From Thermoproteota archaeon (GTDB lineage: Archaea > Korarchaeota > Korarchaeia > Korarchaeales > Korarchaeaceae), in assembly GCA_027492205.1 (NCBI GenBank), contig JAOZFN010000010.1, positions 61,924 through 125,923 of the forward strand: a DNA stretch of 64,000 bases, given 5' to 3'. The translations under genes and the position numbers were made by a program. A model generated the notes under the pieces. That model did not search any database and was not told the origin of the DNA. It saw only the letters and a list, made by a program, of their open reading frames with translations. How positions within the stretch are numbered: position 1 is the stretch's first letter; each line of letters begins with the position of its first letter. This document shows positions 9,136 through 19,199 of the stretch, one piece after another.

Positions 9136-9928
9136 CGCTCAGGGCGGCCACTCCAAACAGCCAGAGGGCCACAGGGAGGGTCAGCCCGGGCAAAACCCTC
9201 CTCTTGGAGTATAGGAGGTGAAGGGTCAAGACCACGCCCGTGTTGAGCAGGAGGAGGGTGAAGAGGGCGCCGACCAACCCGAACATCCTCGAAGAAGAAG
9301 CCGAGGCAAGAGAGTACGCGAACAGGTCACCCAACCCCATCGACACCCTTCCGTGGGTGACCATCATGGGCTTCAGCGGATCGTCGCGCAGGTTCCCGCC
9401 GTCTGACGCCCCCGCGGAGGAGAACATCTCTCCCAAGGGCCCCCTGAAGATGGCGTACGCATCGTAGAGGGCCAGGCTGCCCAAGAAGATGAACGTGAAA
9501 ACTTCGGGGAATGTGCTGACGAAGAGGTATGCCACCGCGGATGAGAGCAGGGCCTTCGAGGCGTTCCCGACCAAACCGGATCTCAGCCCCAGCCAGGTGA
9601 AGGCCGCGCCGAGCGGGACGGAGAGGGTCCACGGGAGGCCCAGGGAGTCGAGCACCTCCGCCAGCGAGAGCGCGGCCGCGTAGAAGAGGGAGATTAGCAG
9701 GAGCGCCTTTAGGACTATGAGCCTACCCGTCTTTAAGAGATACACCATGAGCGACGCCGTGGCAAAGAGCAGCAGGACGTAGAATGCGGAGAGACCTCCC
9801 GCCTGGACGGCCGTGAGTTCCACCTCTGGCCTAGGTCTCGTGGCTGCCACCATGGTCAGCGCAATGAGCTGAGCCAGACAAGGCCAGATCAGAACGGAGT
9901 ACGCCCTATCACCCTCCATCTCCCTCAC
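9119..9928 (-). CDS. Presenilin-like (A22) intramembrane aspartyl protease
   Basis: YD (LYDAYAI), GxGD (MGLGDL) and PAL-like (LPGL) motifs in a multi-TM protein. Confidence 0.88.
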   Translation of the reverse strand: MREMEGDRAYSVLIWPCLAQLIALTMVAATRPRPEVELTAVQAGGLSAFYVLLLFATASLMVYLLKTGRLIVLKALLLISLFYAAALSLAEVLDSLGLPWTLSVPLGAAFTWLGLRSGLVGNASKALLSSAVAYLFVSTFPEVFTFIFLGSLALYDAYAIFRGPLGEMFSSAGASDGGNLRDDPLKPMMVTHGRVSMGLGDLFAYSLASASSSRMFGLVGALFTLLLLNTGVVLTLHLLYSKRRVLPGLTLPVALWLFGVAALSVTPLV

Positions 9929-10406
9929 CCCGCCCCTTGAGGAGCTTTTCCTCCAGCTCGGGGTGCTTGGGGAGGACCTTAGAGAGAAACCGCTCGAGGG
10001 CGTTCAGCACGGCCCCATACCTGGACCAGAGCGTCTCCCCGGTCAGCTCGGATTTGGCAACCTCCGAGAACGCCACCGCGTAGCCGTCAGAAGTAGCCCC
10101 GCAGGCTGCCAGCCTGGCGTCGAGAGAGAGCCTCAGGAGGTCGGGGGCCACGGCGGACAAGTCCGTTGGGCTCAGCGGGAAGGGGAGGAGCGGCGCTGCG
10201 ATGAGCACAGAGTCACCCTCGTCCAGGATCTGAACGGAGATCACGAGCCTTCTGACGCTTTTCTCCAGGCTCACCTCGATTAGCTCGGTCACCAGCACGC
10301 TCATGCTCTCCTCGTCGACGTAGATCCTTTCGGGCTCCACCCCGACATCCTCGAGGAGCCTGCTGAGACCCCTGAGGGTATCCCCGACGCCGTCAGTCTC
10401 CGACAA
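9909..10406 (-). CDS. Hypothetical protein, possibly YbjN/T3SS-chaperone fold
   Basis: TTG with GGAGG RBS, coupled between mobB and presenilin; alpha-beta-alpha pattern only. Confidence 0.55.
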   Translation of the reverse strand: MSETDGVGDTLRGLSRLLEDVGVEPERIYVDEESMSVLVTELIEVSLEKSVRRLVISVQILDEGDSVLIAAPLLPFPLSPTDLSAVAPDLLRLSLDARLAACGATSDGYAVAFSEVAKSELTGETLWSRYGAVLNALERFLSKVLPKHPELEEKLLKGRGEGDGG

Positions 10407-10941
10407 CGCGACCAGGCCTCCCCAGGCTGTGGAGGATACGCCGAGTGATCTCCCGGATCTCTTGAGGTTCAAATCTGGGCGCGCCCCCCTTGTCCCTCGC
10501 GGCCCGAACTCTCCATACCTCCCCCCCTGCCGACTTGAGCATCTCCTCGATTCGGCGATCTCCCCCGATGACCACCTTCACGACGTCCTCCCTGGGGATC
10601 GCCTGGGACTTGAACCCCTCGATCAAGACCACCCTCGCGCCCGGGTCGACGCACCTCACCACGCCGAGCGCGCCCTCCAGGTCCGTGGGGGCGGACCTGA
10701 AGACCGCGATCAGGTTTGGAGACGCGAGCACGACCGTTGAGGCGCCGGCGGCAGCCATCCTCCAGCTGTCAGTGCCCGGCCTGTCGACCTCTGGGCTCGC
10801 CTCGTGCGTGTGCTTGATGGCGGCCGCCCTGACCCCCGCCTCGGAGAGCGCCCTCAGGATGGCCTCCACGAGGGTCGTCTTTCCCGCCGCCTTCCCTCCC
10901 ACGACGGCGACGAGCAGCGGCCCGCCGGGAGACTCGCTCAT
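10393..10941 (-). CDS. mobB: Molybdopterin-guanine dinucleotide biosynthesis protein B
   Basis: GGKAAGKTT, IKHTH, GTDSWR...GA, LIEGFK. Confidence 0.9.
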   Translation of the reverse strand: MSESPGGPLLVAVVGGKAAGKTTLVEAILRALSEAGVRAAAIKHTHEASPEVDRPGTDSWRMAAAGASTVVLASPNLIAVFRSAPTDLEGALGVVRCVDPGARVVLIEGFKSQAIPREDVVKVVIGGDRRIEEMLKSAGGEVWRVRAARDKGGAPRFEPQEIREITRRILHSLGRPGRVVGD

Positions 10942-11042
10942 CCTGCCTCGCCCACCGACCTCTATTTTAAACGGCCTTCCCCCGACCCCGCGGATCACGA
11001 GGGTTAATAACTCCGGACCGACCTCCTATTCTGGCGCAGCCC

Positions 11043-12137
11043 ATGCCCGAACCCTGTCCAGACGGGGTCGGCTCTCGAGTCAGGGCCAGCCTCCAAGAGC
11101 CCCTACCGGGCGGCCGAGTCAGGTGTCTCGCCTGCCCGCGCTATTGCGCCATCCCCCCGGGCCTCAGGGGCGCCTGCGGGACGAAGGTGAACGTTGGCGG
11201 GACCCTCTGTGAGGTCAACTACTCCAGGGTCAGCTCGGTAGCCATGGATCCGATAGAGAAGAAACCCCTCTTCCACTTCTACCCCGGCTCGTGGGCATAC
11301 AGCGTAGGGACGGTTGGGTGCAACCTGTTCTGCGACCACTGTCAGAACTGGCAGATCTCCCAGCCCGGGGTGAGGCCCGAGGACTTCCCGTGGCTCAGGA
11401 CGCTGACGCCGGAGGACGCCGTCCGGCAGGCGAGCGAGCTCGGGGCCGCTAGCATAGCCTACACGTACAACGAGCCCACCATAGTGAGCCTGGAGTGGGT
11501 TCTGGAGACCGCCAGGCTCGCCAGGAAGGCCGGGCTGAAGAACGTCAGCGTGACGAACGGGTACTGGAGCAGGGAGGCTAGGGAACTCCTCGCGCCGCTG
11601 ATGGACGCGGCCAACGTCGACGTGAAGGCCTTCTCCGACGATTTCTACAGGAGGGTCACCAAGGTGACGTCCCTGAGGCCGGTCCTGGAGACCGTGGAGC
11701 ACCTCAAGAGGGAGGGGGTGCACGTCGAACTCACCTACCTCGTCATCCCCGGCCTGAACGACTCGGAGGAGGAGATAAGGTCGTTCGCGGGGTGGGTCGT
11801 GGAGCGCGTGGGGGACGACACCCCCGTGCACTTCTCTAGGTTCCACCCGGACTTCCGAATGCTCGACAGGCCGGCGACGCCCCTCAAGACCCTCGAGATG
11901 GCCCACCGCGCCGCCAGGGACGAGGGGCTCAAGTTCGTCTATCTCGGCAACGTGCCGGGAGACCCGAGGGAGCACACATACTGTCCCGGGTGCGGGGCCA
12001 GGGTGATAGAGAGGTACGGGTTCGACGTCCACGGCTGCAGGCTCACCGAGGACGGGAGGTGCGCCAGCTGTGGAGAGCCAATCCCGATCGTCGGCGAGTG
12101 CAGGCGGTCCTCGGGGAGCTTCTACCTCGGCATCTGA
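11043..12137 (+). CDS. amrS: AmmeMemoRadiSam radical SAM enzyme (PFL-activase-like)
   Basis: CLACPRYC N-terminus, DPIEKKPLFHF, CNLFCDHCQN, YTYNEP, C-terminal CPGC/CASC. Confidence 0.92.
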   Translation: MPEPCPDGVGSRVRASLQEPLPGGRVRCLACPRYCAIPPGLRGACGTKVNVGGTLCEVNYSRVSSVAMDPIEKKPLFHFYPGSWAYSVGTVGCNLFCDHCQNWQISQPGVRPEDFPWLRTLTPEDAVRQASELGAASIAYTYNEPTIVSLEWVLETARLARKAGLKNVSVTNGYWSREARELLAPLMDAANVDVKAFSDDFYRRVTKVTSLRPVLETVEHLKREGVHVELTYLVIPGLNDSEEEIRSFAGWVVERVGDDTPVHFSRFHPDFRMLDRPATPLKTLEMAHRAARDEGLKFVYLGNVPGDPREHTYCPGCGARVIERYGFDVHGCRLTEDGRCASCGEPIPIVGECRRSSGSFYLGI

Positions 12138-12903
12138 CCGAGGTGGCGGGGGCAGGCGGTCGGAGTGGGAGATCGGCGTTCCCACCCTGCTGGAGTCGCT
12201 GGGGGCGTTCCTCCTAGCAGCCCCCGCGGTCGTCTGGATAGCCACTAGGTTGATCCCGGGCCCAACAGCGGGAGGAGGCCCTTCCCTCGGATTCACGCTG
12301 GCCTCGGCGATGATATTCACCCTGGCGGCGCACGAGGGGATTCACGCGGCGCTCTACCGGCTGTCCGACTCTGGGGCGAAGTTCGGGGTCGGCACACACT
12401 ACCTCTACGTGGCCGCCACGCGGCCGGTCACCCGCGAGACCTTCCTGCTGGTCAGCTTGGCCCCGCTGGCGGTAATAAGCGCCGCCACGCTGGCCGTCGC
12501 ACGGGCGTTTCCGAGCCACGCCGGGCTGCCCGCGGCGATCTTTGCCCTAAATGCCCTGGGATCGACCGGGGACGTCGTGCTCGCGGTCAAGGCGCTCGGC
12601 TCTCCACCGGGGTCGCCGGTCGCGGACAGGGGAGACCGGTCCGTGGTCATCCCACCCGACGGTCAGTACGGGCCGCCGGGCTGGTGGGCGTCTGTTGACG
12701 CCTTCCTAAGGATCTATCCGATCGCCCTCACCCTGGTGGGTGCTGCCCTGGCTCTGCTGGCCGGCGGAGCCACTATGGAGTTTCGCAGGGGCAGCGGGTT
12801 CCAGCTAGTCGTCGAGGTCGATCCCTCCGCGCCTGCGGCGGCCGTCCTGATCTCCGCGGCGGCTGCCCTCGTGATCTCCACGCGGCCCGGCCAGGGCGGT
12901 TAA
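12070..12903 (+). CDS. DUF3267-like membrane zinc metalloprotease
   Basis: HEGIH, LAPL, N..GS.GD motifs; real start probably after 12137. Confidence 0.7.
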   Translation: MESQSRSSASAGGPRGASTSASDRGGGGRRSEWEIGVPTLLESLGAFLLAAPAVVWIATRLIPGPTAGGGPSLGFTLASAMIFTLAAHEGIHAALYRLSDSGAKFGVGTHYLYVAATRPVTRETFLLVSLAPLAVISAATLAVARAFPSHAGLPAAIFALNALGSTGDVVLAVKALGSPPGSPVADRGDRSVVIPPDGQYGPPGWWASVDAFLRIYPIALTLVGAALALLAGGATMEFRRGSGFQLVVEVDPSAPAAAVLISAAAALVISTRPGQGG

Positions 12904-12909
12904 AAATCT

Positions 12910-14214
12910 GTGAGGGCCCCAGCAAGACCGATCGCCGTGGGTCGGACCGGCAGGGAGAGGAACGTCGTGGTCATCGCGCTGAGCTGGACCATGATGCGCC
13001 CGTTCGGAGCGGCCACGAGGACCTACTTCGCCCTCTACTTCCTCGAGCTGGGCGCCGACCCGGCCAGGATAGGCCTGATCACGATGGCGGGGTCCCTCAC
13101 CCTCGCGATCTCCAGGCTCCTCGGGGGATACCTGGCTGACGCCGTCGGCAGGAAGAGGCTCATCGTCTCGATGACCGCGGTCTACGCCTTCGCCTCCCTC
13201 CTGTACGCCCTGGCGAGGGACTGGACCTGGATACTCGCCGCAGAGGTGATCTCGTCCGCCACCCTCCTCTACCAGCCGGCCATAGCCGCGATATTGGCCG
13301 ACAGCCTGCCCTCCGAGATCAGGGGCAGGGGGATCTCGGCGGCTCGGACGGCCGCGACCCTCTCGTCCCTGGCCGGCCCTCCCCTTGCGGCCTTTCTGGT
13401 TGGCAGGATGGATCTCGTCCCGGCGGTCCGCCTCCTGTACGCCGCGAGGTCGGCAGCGGTGCTCGCGGCGGCGGTCGTGAGAATGACCCTCACGGAGACC
13501 CTGAGACTGGAGGAGAGGAGGCCAATCAGCCTTCGGTCGATCTTGGAGGATTACAGGAGAGCCGTGATCTGGCTTAAGGGTGATCTAGGGAGGTTGATCG
13601 CCGTGAACTCGGCCGCCATGGGATCTTACAGCCTGGCGGAGCCGTTCATACAGATCTTCGCGGTCAAGGAGGTCGGAATAGATCCGGAACTCTGGGGGCT
13701 TATCTCAACGGTCGTGCGGGCCGAGATCCTCGCGAGCATCAACCTCTCAGGATACATCGCCGACAAGCTGGGAAGGAACATATCCCTGGCCCTCGGGTAC
13801 GGCTCTGGCGCCGCTGGAATGCTAATGCTCCTGACCTCCCCGCCGGGCTCCGGCGCTTGGGTCCTGGTGTCCCAGCTTGTGTACGCAGCCTTTGCCTCGT
13901 GGCCAGCTAGGTTCGCCCTGTTCGCGGATCTTACGCCGGCGGAGACCAGGGGGAGGCTCACGGCGGTCAGGGGGCTCGTGGAGAACCTGTCCTCCAGCGC
14001 CGCCTCGGCGGCGGGCGGCGTGCTCTACTCTATCTCCCCCATTGCAGACCTGGGGCTGGCTTCCGCGGGCCTCACTCTCACGGCGCTGGCCGCCCTTAGA
14101 ATCCTCCCGAAGGTGGGCAGGCTTCCCGATCGGGCTACGGCCGAGATATCTGATTTAGAGCCAGCAGTTGTTCCCGGGTCAGCCTCCAACCTAGCGCCCC
14201 CGAGTTCTCCCTGA
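12910..14214 (+). CDS. MFS transporter (paralog of 15041-16252)
   Basis: GGYLADAVGRKR and GYIADKLGR motifs, 12 TM. Confidence 0.9.
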   Translation: MRAPARPIAVGRTGRERNVVVIALSWTMMRPFGAATRTYFALYFLELGADPARIGLITMAGSLTLAISRLLGGYLADAVGRKRLIVSMTAVYAFASLLYALARDWTWILAAEVISSATLLYQPAIAAILADSLPSEIRGRGISAARTAATLSSLAGPPLAAFLVGRMDLVPAVRLLYAARSAAVLAAAVVRMTLTETLRLEERRPISLRSILEDYRRAVIWLKGDLGRLIAVNSAAMGSYSLAEPFIQIFAVKEVGIDPELWGLISTVVRAEILASINLSGYIADKLGRNISLALGYGSGAAGMLMLLTSPPGSGAWVLVSQLVYAAFASWPARFALFADLTPAETRGRLTAVRGLVENLSSSAASAAGGVLYSISPIADLGLASAGLTLTALAALRILPKVGRLPDRATAEISDLEPAVVPGSASNLAPPSSP

Positions 14215-14947
14215 CGTGCTCCACCCTCGCGGCCTTGGGGATGGCCGCGACCTTGGGCTTGGATATCAGCCAGTTTAGGGCCACCTGAGCGGGGGTCCTC
14301 CCCACCGCGCGCGCCACCTCTGCCAGTGCCCTCGGGGGGTTAACCGCCAGGCGCCCCTTCTCGAGCGGCGTGTAGGCCATGATCAGGACCCCCTCCCGCT
14401 GACAGAACGGGAGGAGGTCTCTCTCAATCCTCCTGTCGATCAGGCTGTATCGGACCTGGTTTGCGGCTATCTCAACCTCTCTGGTGGCCTCCATGGCCCG
14501 CTTAAGGAGTGGGAGGTCGAAGTTGCTCACCCCTATGTTCCTGACCTTCCCCTCCACCACCAGCTCCTCCATGGCCCGGATCGTCTCCTCTATCGGCACC
14601 TCAGGGTTAGGCCAGTGCACTAGGTACAGGTCGATGTACCCGACCCCCAGCCTCTCGAGGCTCCCCTGGGCGGCCCTCAGCAGAGCTCGCCTGCTCAGGT
14701 TGGTGCTCCACACCTTGGTCACCACGAAGTACTCCTCCCTGTCGAAGGGCCTGAGCGCCTCGCCGATTATTCTCTCGACCCTACCCCAGCCGTACATCTC
14801 GGCCGTGTCGATGAGCCCCATGCCGAGGTCGACCGCCAGTCTTATGGCCTCAATCGCCGCCTGCGGGTTCTCCTCCATGCGATAGGTACCGATCCCGAGC
14901 TTGGGGATTCTGTCCCCGGTGCCCTTGAGCCTCTCCCACTCCATCAC
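14135..14947 (-). CDS. Aldo/keto reductase
   Basis: IDTAEMYG, VTKV, DLYLVHWP, IGVSNF, AIPK. Confidence 0.95.
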   Translation of the reverse strand: MMEWERLKGTGDRIPKLGIGTYRMEENPQAAIEAIRLAVDLGMGLIDTAEMYGWGRVERIIGEALRPFDREEYFVVTKVWSTNLSRRALLRAAQGSLERLGVGYIDLYLVHWPNPEVPIEETIRAMEELVVEGKVRNIGVSNFDLPLLKRAMEATREVEIAANQVRYSLIDRRIERDLLPFCQREGVLIMAYTPLEKGRLAVNPPRALAEVARAVGRTPAQVALNWLISKPKVAAIPKAARVEHVRENSGALGWRLTREQLLALNQISRP

Positions 14948-15040
14948 CCCACCCCTTCGGGCCTCCCGCTAAAACCCCATCCCCCGGCCTCTGACGGACT
15001 TTCGTTTGAATTTTTAACTCGCCTCGCGCGGCACAGCCCC

Positions 15041-16252
15041 GTGTCCCGGGAAGTGGCAAAGCGGAACATGACCATCATGGCGATCACGTGGGCCATGATG
15101 GGCCCCTTCTCCGCCGCCACTAGGGTTTACTCATCCCTATACTTCCTGGAACTCGGCGCAGGGGCGGCAGAGGTCGGCCTTATATCCATGGCCGGCCTCG
15201 TGACTCTCGGCTTCTCGAGGCTCATCGGAGGATACCTGGCTGACGCCGTCGGCAGAAAGAGGATAATCGTCCCCATGACCATGATCTACGGTGTGGCGTC
15301 GGTCCTATACGCCGTGGCGAGGGACTGGACCTGGATACTCGCGGCCTCCGTGCTCTCCTCCCTGGCCCTCCTGTACCAGCCGGCCATCCAAGCGATACTG
15401 GCCGACACGCTGCCGCCCGAGGTGAGGGGGAGGGGCCTCTCCCTCGCTAACATGGTCTCCCAGCTAGCCAGTCTAGCCGGCCCCCCGCTCGCGACGCTCT
15501 TGGTGGCTCGGATGCCCCTCGCCAGGGCCATGAGGATCCTCTACGCGGCCAACGCCGCCGCGATATTCGGGGCCGGGATAGTGAGGATGGCCTTCGTTGA
15601 GACGCTGGAGGAGAGGGTGAGGCCTAACTTCAGGGACGCCCTTCGGGGGTACGTCAGCGCCATCAGGGAGCTGCGCGGCGACCTGGGCAAGCTCATCTTG
15701 GTCTCCTCGCTGGCCCCGGCGTTCTACCAGATGGCATTTCCCTTCGTCCAGATATACGCCGTGAGGGAGCTCGGAGTGTCTGAGGAGTTCTGGGGACTGA
15801 TCTCCACGGTCGTGTCCGTCGAGTCCGTCGCGTCCATGCTCGCTTCGGGCTACCTCACCGACAGGATCGGCAGGAATCTGACCCTCGCCCTGGGGTACGG
15901 CTCCGGCTCCCTAGGCCTCGCCATCCTGGCCCTCTCCCCGCCGGGTGAGCCGTACCTGGTCCTGCTCTCGCAGGTGGTGGTCACTGCCTTCGCCTCCTGG
16001 CCCGCGAGCTTTGCGCTCATGGCCGACCTCACGCCGATCAGGCTCAGGGGCAAGATAATGGCCATAAGGGGAATGATACAAGGCAACCTATCCGGTCTCG
16101 GCTCCGGCCTGGGGGGCGCCCTGTACGAGGTGAACCCCGCCCTTCCGATTGCTGCCGCCGCGGCGGGCCTCTTGCCGCTGATAGTGATCTCAGCCAAGTG
16201 GCTGCCGGCCGGCGCCATCGAGAATGGGAAAGTTCGTAACGTAAACCATTAA
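15041..16252 (+). CDS. MFS transporter (paralog of 12910-14214)
   Basis: GGYLADAVGRKR, GYLTDRIGR; collinear with the upstream paralog. Confidence 0.9.
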   Translation: MSREVAKRNMTIMAITWAMMGPFSAATRVYSSLYFLELGAGAAEVGLISMAGLVTLGFSRLIGGYLADAVGRKRIIVPMTMIYGVASVLYAVARDWTWILAASVLSSLALLYQPAIQAILADTLPPEVRGRGLSLANMVSQLASLAGPPLATLLVARMPLARAMRILYAANAAAIFGAGIVRMAFVETLEERVRPNFRDALRGYVSAIRELRGDLGKLILVSSLAPAFYQMAFPFVQIYAVRELGVSEEFWGLISTVVSVESVASMLASGYLTDRIGRNLTLALGYGSGSLGLAILALSPPGEPYLVLLSQVVVTAFASWPASFALMADLTPIRLRGKIMAIRGMIQGNLSGLGSGLGGALYEVNPALPIAAAAAGLLPLIVISAKWLPAGAIENGKVRNVNH

Positions 16253-16287
16253 ACGGAAGCTCTCGCGGTCGCCTTTGGGAGTACGCT

Positions 16288-16626
16288 TTGAGCGCCTCGG
16301 GGGCAAGGGAGATCACCTGCCCGATATGCGGTCAGAGGCACAGGCCTCCCCTCAGCAGGGGGTGGAACTTCGTCCCCTGCAGCCAGGATCACGGCATAGT
16401 GGTCTTCGTGGACTCTGGCGGAAGCGTCAGGGAGGTCCACGGGGCCTCCCTCTCGAAGGCCGCGAGTGCCCTCGTGCTGGAGGAGGGGAAGCTCCACCTC
16501 GTCCCCAAGTGGATTAATGTGGACAGGATAAGGGCAGTCATCGAGGGCAGGGCGAGCCCCACCGAGGCAGACAGGGCGGGGATCTCCCTGCTCCTAAACC
16601 TGGGGATCTTGAAGAGGAGGACGTAG
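16288..16626 (+). CDS. Small putative zinc-binding protein
   Basis: CPIC..H and C..DH ligands; gene-like codon usage; 30 bp before next gene. Confidence 0.65.
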   Translation: MSASGAREITCPICGQRHRPPLSRGWNFVPCSQDHGIVVFVDSGGSVREVHGASLSKAASALVLEEGKLHLVPKWINVDRIRAVIEGRASPTEADRAGISLLLNLGILKRRT

Positions 16627-16656
16627 GTCATATGGTGATCTCGAGGAGGTGTTAGT

Positions 16657-17679
16657 TTGGCCCGCCCCGCCCTTGCAAAGCTCCTGTCCAAGCTCTCCGG
16701 GACGGCCGGGGGGGCTAGAGTCCCCTCCCACGTCCAAAAGGCCGCCTCGGAGGTCCTGGAGATCTGCGAGTACAGGCTGGTCCTTACGCTGGACTCGATG
16801 GGGTTCTTTAGGGATGTGGAGGGGATCAGCCCGGCAGAGGCGTCCCTGAAGTTCGCCGACAGGTCCCTCTTCTTCTCAATCATGGAGATCCTATCGCAGC
16901 TGGGGTACGTCTCCGTGAGAAGGGGATTTGGCTTCATGGACGGCAGGATTCGGCAGGTTCACGACCTCCCCCCCTCCCCGATGGCCACGACGCCCGAGGC
17001 CATCGAGTTCGACTCCGTCTTCACGGAGATAATCTCCTCCCTGCCGGACGCTCTGAAGGAGGGGAAGAGAAGCCTCCACGTCGCCTCATCGGAGAACAAG
17101 GCCCTCCTGGCCAAGATGTACGACTCAGAGGTCTTCAAGACCCTCCTCACGCTGGAGGTCAAGTCCCTGGGGATCTCCGACGTCCCGCCGCACGGGGTCA
17201 TAGTCTCGCTCGGCCCCGGCGTCGGGGCCGAGCTGCCAACCGTCCTCCTGGAGTCTGACGCCAGGGTGATATCGGTGCTGAGCAGCGAGGACGACGCGAG
17301 AATCGCAGAGCTGACGCTGTCCGGCCTGGGCCTCCTTAGCGATCAGGTCAGGTTCGTGGTTGGTCAGCCGGAGAGGCTCCACAGGATAATAGAGGAGGCC
17401 AAGACCGGCCCCGTCGACGCGGTCGTGGTGGTCCACTCGCTCCACTGGTCCAACGCGCCGGAGGCCTGCCTCAGAAACGCGTCGAAGGTGTCTCGGAGGG
17501 TTATGGTATCTCAGCCCGTCCTCAGCGAGGCGACCTGGCCTCTGTCCATAGCGAGCTACCTGCTGGGATCGAACATCCTCCCGAAGCCCGACCAGATAGA
17601 CTTCTGGGTGAACTCAGCCGGGCTGTCCGGGAGGACCCTGATGACGAACCCGATTTACTTGGCCCAGCTCGTGAGGTGA
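16657..17679 (+). CDS. Divergent class I SAM-methyltransferase-fold protein with N-terminal helical/wHTH-like region
   Basis: GGAGGTG RBS; IVSLGPGVG (motif-I-like, acidic residue lost), DAVVVVHSLHW, ILSQLGYV. Confidence 0.6.
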   Translation: MARPALAKLLSKLSGTAGGARVPSHVQKAASEVLEICEYRLVLTLDSMGFFRDVEGISPAEASLKFADRSLFFSIMEILSQLGYVSVRRGFGFMDGRIRQVHDLPPSPMATTPEAIEFDSVFTEIISSLPDALKEGKRSLHVASSENKALLAKMYDSEVFKTLLTLEVKSLGISDVPPHGVIVSLGPGVGAELPTVLLESDARVISVLSSEDDARIAELTLSGLGLLSDQVRFVVGQPERLHRIIEEAKTGPVDAVVVVHSLHWSNAPEACLRNASKVSRRVMVSQPVLSEATWPLSIASYLLGSNILPKPDQIDFWVNSAGLSGRTLMTNPIYLAQLVR

Positions 17680-17808
17680 CGGGAGAGATTTCGGGACGCT
17701 CCAGCACCCAGATCCAGTCTGAACTCATCTCTCCGACGGGTATACCGGAGTATGAAACTTGCGAGGGGCCCATTATATCTCGGCGGCCGCACTTCGGCGG
17801 GGAGCGCG

Positions 17809-18279
17809 TTGAGGCGGCTCAAGGTCATCTTCGCGGGCGAGTCAGGGGTGGGTAAGACCAGCGTGGCCGCGGCCATCTCGGCCGCCGGCCTGGCCAGCGG
17901 CGGGCCGACGATAGGGGCCGACTTCTTCGTCTCGGGTCCAGACGGGGTCAGGGCCGTGATCTTCGACCTGGCCGGGCAGGACCGCTTCGCACCGCTTGCC
18001 CCGCTGCTCTCGCGCGGCGCGAGGGTCGTCGTCCTCATATTCGACGTCTCCAGGCCGGAGACCCTGCTGGCAATTCCGGATTGGGCCGAGAGGGTTCTCA
18101 ACGGAACGGAAGACGCGAAGGTGGTCCTAGTGGGGAACAAGCTCGACGCGGGCCTCCGAGTGACGCCGGAGGACATCGCGTCTGTGGCGGCGGCGGTCGG
18201 CGCCCACAGGGTCATCCTGACGAGCGCTTCCACCGGATTCGGACTCAACGAACTCAGAGAGGAGCTCTTAGAGGCCTGA
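17809..18279 (+). CDS. Minimal Rab/Ras-like small GTPase
   Basis: GESGVGKT, PTIGADF, FDLAGQDRF, GNKLD, TSASTG; TTG start after TTATAT at about 17773. Confidence 0.9.
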   Translation: MRRLKVIFAGESGVGKTSVAAAISAAGLASGGPTIGADFFVSGPDGVRAVIFDLAGQDRFAPLAPLLSRGARVVVLIFDVSRPETLLAIPDWAERVLNGTEDAKVVLVGNKLDAGLRVTPEDIASVAAAVGAHRVILTSASTGFGLNELREELLEA

Positions 18280-18326
18280 CGAGATCCTGGGCTAAACCTA
18301 TAATGCGGACGAGGGAAGGTGGAGGG

Positions 18327-18632
18327 ATGAGGGGTACCCTCGCCCTCTTGACCCTTGGCGCTCTGCTCATCGCCGCCCTGGTGGCGGGCTTCTCACTGCT
18401 GAGGCTCTTGGCAATCTTGGCGGCGGCGGGGTTCCTCTCCGGCGCGGCGTTCGGCGCCGCCTCCTCATCGGGCGGCCTCTCCCGGAGAGTGAAGTGGGCC
18501 CTGAAGGGCGGCCTGATTCTGGGGGCCCTGATGCCGGTGGCCGCGGCCCTCGCTATTCCGCTGGCGGCCGCCGGGCTGGTCATAGCGGCCGCCGGCGAGA
18601 TCCTGTCTGCCCTCGACGAAGGCGGAGCTTGA
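18327..18632 (+). CDS. Small Gly/Ala-rich membrane protein
   Basis: GGAGGG RBS, ATG, 3-4 hydrophobic segments. Confidence 0.6.
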   Translation: MRGTLALLTLGALLIAALVAGFSLLRLLAILAAAGFLSGAAFGAASSSGGLSRRVKWALKGGLILGALMPVAAALAIPLAAAGLVIAAAGEILSALDEGGA

Positions 18633-19185
18633 CCCTCCTCCAAAACTCCCGCAGCTTGGACGGCTCCCTTGGGGGGTTGAGGAACACCGAGAGCGGTATG
18701 TCGCCCGTCGCCGCGGCGAGGGTGAACGCTTCGACGGTTCTGACGGCCTCTTCCTGCTCCCAGCTCTCCACGGCCCCGGGACGAACCCTCCTGACCTTCT
18801 CTATAGCCGCGCTGGCCGTCATGCCCCTGGTGAAGACGAGGTAGGCGGCCGCGAACATGCCCGACCTCCCCCTGCCGGCGAGGCAGTGAACCCCAAGGGG
18901 CCTCCCCATCGAGACGACCCTCCTCGCCCACAGGAGGGCGTTGATCAGCTCTTCAGGCTCCGGAGACCTCCTAGTCTCCGTCGGGAGGAAGTACGGCCAG
19001 ACGTCGTTGTCGAGCATGGCCCTCGCGAACAGGAGCACGTTTCCCCAGTACGTGAGGATCTCCCTCCCAGTCGCCAGGGACACGACCGCCCTGACTCCCT
19101 GGAGCCTGAGCTTCCTGACGGCCTCCCTGTCCACCGGAAAGCCGCAGATGGCCAGTTCACCCGGGATCACCCAGAGGACCCACAA
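18580..19185 (-). CDS. Dual-specificity/protein-tyrosine phosphatase
   Basis: HCLAGRGRSG (CX5R), VRRVRPGAVES..Q. Confidence 0.92.
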   Translation of the reverse strand: MWVLWVIPGELAICGFPVDREAVRKLRLQGVRAVVSLATGREILTYWGNVLLFARAMLDNDVWPYFLPTETRRSPEPEELINALLWARRVVSMGRPLGVHCLAGRGRSGMFAAAYLVFTRGMTASAAIEKVRRVRPGAVESWEQEEAVRTVEAFTLAAATGDIPLSVFLNPPREPSKLREFWRRVKLRLRRGQTGSRRRPL

Positions 19186-19199
19186 GGACCTTCACCCGC

